A DNA stretch of 64,000 nt from Nitrospinaceae bacterium (GTDB taxonomy: Bacteria; Nitrospinota; Nitrospinia; Nitrospinales; Nitrospinaceae), in NCBI GenBank assembly GCA_965223665.1, contig OZ245011.1, forward strand, positions 1,056,001 to 1,120,000. Direction: 5' to 3'. The notes beneath the pieces were generated by a model. That model had not been told where the DNA came from and searched no databases. It saw only the letters and a program-made list of their open reading frames with translations. Position numbers and translations under genes: made by a program. Position 1 is the stretch's first letter. Each line of letters begins with the position of its first letter. Of this stretch, positions 62,311-64,000 are shown piece by piece.

Positions 62311-63120
62311 TTATTTTGCGCAACGGAACCCAATATGGAAATTTTTATTTTCAGGGAGGAGTCTAAATCTGAAACTGGTCCTTAGAGTACTGGGCTCGCC
62401 TAACCATGAACCTCCTCTAAGTATTTTTTCGGTTCCTTTTCTGGGTCCCTTAGGATTATTTCTCGAAGCATTTTTGTAGTAATTGACATCATACCAATCG
62501 GAAACCCACTCCCATACATTTCCTGACATGTCATACAATCCATATGCATTAGGAGGAAAGCTGCCTATAGGAGAGGTATTTTTATTCTCATCATCAAATT
62601 GATTTAACTTCCAATTATTTTTACAGTTGGTATCACAAAAGTTTCCTTTTAATGATTCAAATTCCATTCCCCAGGAAAACTTGAAACCTTTTCCCCCTTT
62701 CGCCGCTTTTTCCCATTCAGCTTCAGTAGGAAGTCGCTTACCAATTTTTCTACAATATTTGTTGGCATCTTCCCAAGTGACGGATTCAACTGGCAAATTC
62801 TTACCGATAAATTGAGAAGGGTTATTCCCCATCACTTTTTGATATTCGCCTTGGGATACTTCATACTTATCAAGGAAAAAAGAATCTATATTCACCATGT
62901 GTTGAGGATTTTCATCGATATACCAATCCTTTCGACATACTTTATAGTATTTCTTACACTCCTTATAACCTTCATTTTTCTCAGATCCCATCATAAATTC
63001 TCCTGAAGGAATTAATTTCATCCCTGGAGGCGCTTCCCCTTCACCGGCAAATACAATAGGATTTGATACCCAGGTAAACAATAAAAAGAAATAGGTAGTA
63101 AAAAATGCCAATGGTTTCAT
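62311..63120 (-). CDS. Secreted FGE-sulfatase domain protein, copy 2 (paralog of 3410-4219)
   Basis: Same motifs, including EGYKECKKYYK.CR.DWY.DENP and GNFCD.NCK; start at MKPLAFF (63120). Confidence 0.92.
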   Translation of the reverse strand: MKPLAFFTTYFFLLFTWVSNPIVFAGEGEAPPGMKLIPSGEFMMGSEKNEGYKECKKYYKVCRKDWYIDENPQHMVNIDSFFLDKYEVSQGEYQKVMGNNPSQFIGKNLPVESVTWEDANKYCRKIGKRLPTEAEWEKAAKGGKGFKFSWGMEFESLKGNFCDTNCKNNWKLNQFDDENKNTSPIGSFPPNAYGLYDMSGNVWEWVSDWYDVNYYKNASRNNPKGPRKGTEKILRGGSWLGEPSTLRTSFRFRLLPENKNFHIGFRCAK

Positions 63121-63145
63121 TTTAATCTTCTCAACATGGACTAAT

Positions 63146-63694
63146 CTATTTTGTTTGAACAATCTTCGCTAGTTTCAAAACTTTTGAACTAATATAAATT
63201 TTTTCTTCTCTTGATTGCTTATAGTTTATTTCAAAGTGGACTTTTTTATCTTCAATATAAAAATTGACGATTCCTCCAGAGGTCCCAAAATTAGGGGTAT
63301 CACTTACCGTAAGCACATTAGAACCCTTCAAGGCTTTAATTATCTTAGGAAATTCTGATTCTTTTTCAGAGCTTAAAAAGAGCATCTGACAACATTTCAT
63401 TTCTTCTAAAGAGTTTATTTTTTTTACAACTAATCTCCGATTATTATATTTTTTTCTGGGAAGAGATTTTAAGGCTTTCAATACAGGGCTTTCCCCATAA
63501 ACCGCAATTTGAGTTACTTCGCTATCTGGAAACCGATCATCGGGCCACTCCATAAAGGAAAAAAACTTTACCATAAAAGCAGCCTTAATTTGATAAGCTA
63601 GTGGACTTCGGCTTAATTGGTTGTTGGCTCCTGCCGTGTTTAGCCAAAGCAAAGCCATTACCACAATAAAACTATGAATTATTTTATTTATCAT
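63146..63694 (-). CDS. YfiR family protein, copy 2 (paralog of 4244-4792)
   Basis: SPLAYQIKAAFMVKFFSFMEWPD identical to copy 1; same length (182 aa). Confidence 0.92.
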   Translation of the reverse strand: MINKIIHSFIVVMALLWLNTAGANNQLSRSPLAYQIKAAFMVKFFSFMEWPDDRFPDSEVTQIAVYGESPVLKALKSLPRKKYNNRRLVVKKINSLEEMKCCQMLFLSSEKESEFPKIIKALKGSNVLTVSDTPNFGTSGGIVNFYIEDKKVHFEINYKQSREEKIYISSKVLKLAKIVQTK

Positions 63695-63804
63695 TAAAAA
63701 TTAATGCTCAATGATGAATCACGAACAAATGTATTTTCAAATAAATACATCCTATTTTAGGTTAACATTATCTTTTTATTTTTCATGCAAAACTTCATAA
63801 CTTT

Positions 63805-64000
63805 TTAATTTTCTCCATATTCTTTGGAACAAATCTTATCCCCCTTACTTGTGCCAGTGGAAACCACCATACATTCCATTTCAATTTCTTCAGACTCATT
63901 TTCATAAACTAAATACCTTCTAAAATAAGATCCAGAATCTCTTATCTGCTTATTAGTTAAATGCTCAATTTTCATATCAACTAATGAACTCATCCAATAA
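63805..64000 (-). CDS. 3' end of a second TpsA-like protein (partial, runs off window)
   Basis: Frame open to the window edge; YFRRYLVYENESEEIEMECMVVS identical to the C-terminus of the 3782-aa adhesin. Confidence 0.85.
   Translation of the reverse strand, partial: YWMSSLVDMKIEHLTNKQIRDSGSYFRRYLVYENESEEIEMECMVVSTGTSKGDKICSKEYGEN

Overview
AT-rich bacterial chromosome segment. Its gene content (many FGE-sulfatase/DUF1566 proteins, GAF-PilB, large kinases) is reminiscent of Nitrospinota, which is an inference only. It is dominated by signal-transduction and surface-protein genes. Main points: (1) A three-gene module occurs twice about 59 kb apart (3410-16227 and 62311->64000): giant two-partner-secretion-type adhesin with a conserved C-terminal Cys-X13-Cys tail, then a YfiR-family protein, then a non-catalytic FGE-sulfatase-domain protein. 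The first copy has a YfiN-type (CHASE8-HAMP) kinase upstream that carries a homopolymer frameshift and degenerate ATP-binding boxes. (2) A ~6.1 kb integrase-less island in tRNA-Arg(CCT), bounded by a perfect 43-bp direct repeat, carries CBS, dodecin, CNNM and P-type ATPase genes. A strongly structured non-coding element in the ATPase leader partly resembles a TPP aptamer. (3) Several apparent pseudo-enzymes: a His-less 1728-aa PAS kinase, a Cys-less DJ-1 protein, and a metallophosphatase with GNH changed to GDR. (4) An exact 277-bp tandem duplication, an unannotated 56-aa lipoprotein and a decayed outer-membrane-protein gene. All calls come from reading motifs by eye; no database searches were run.
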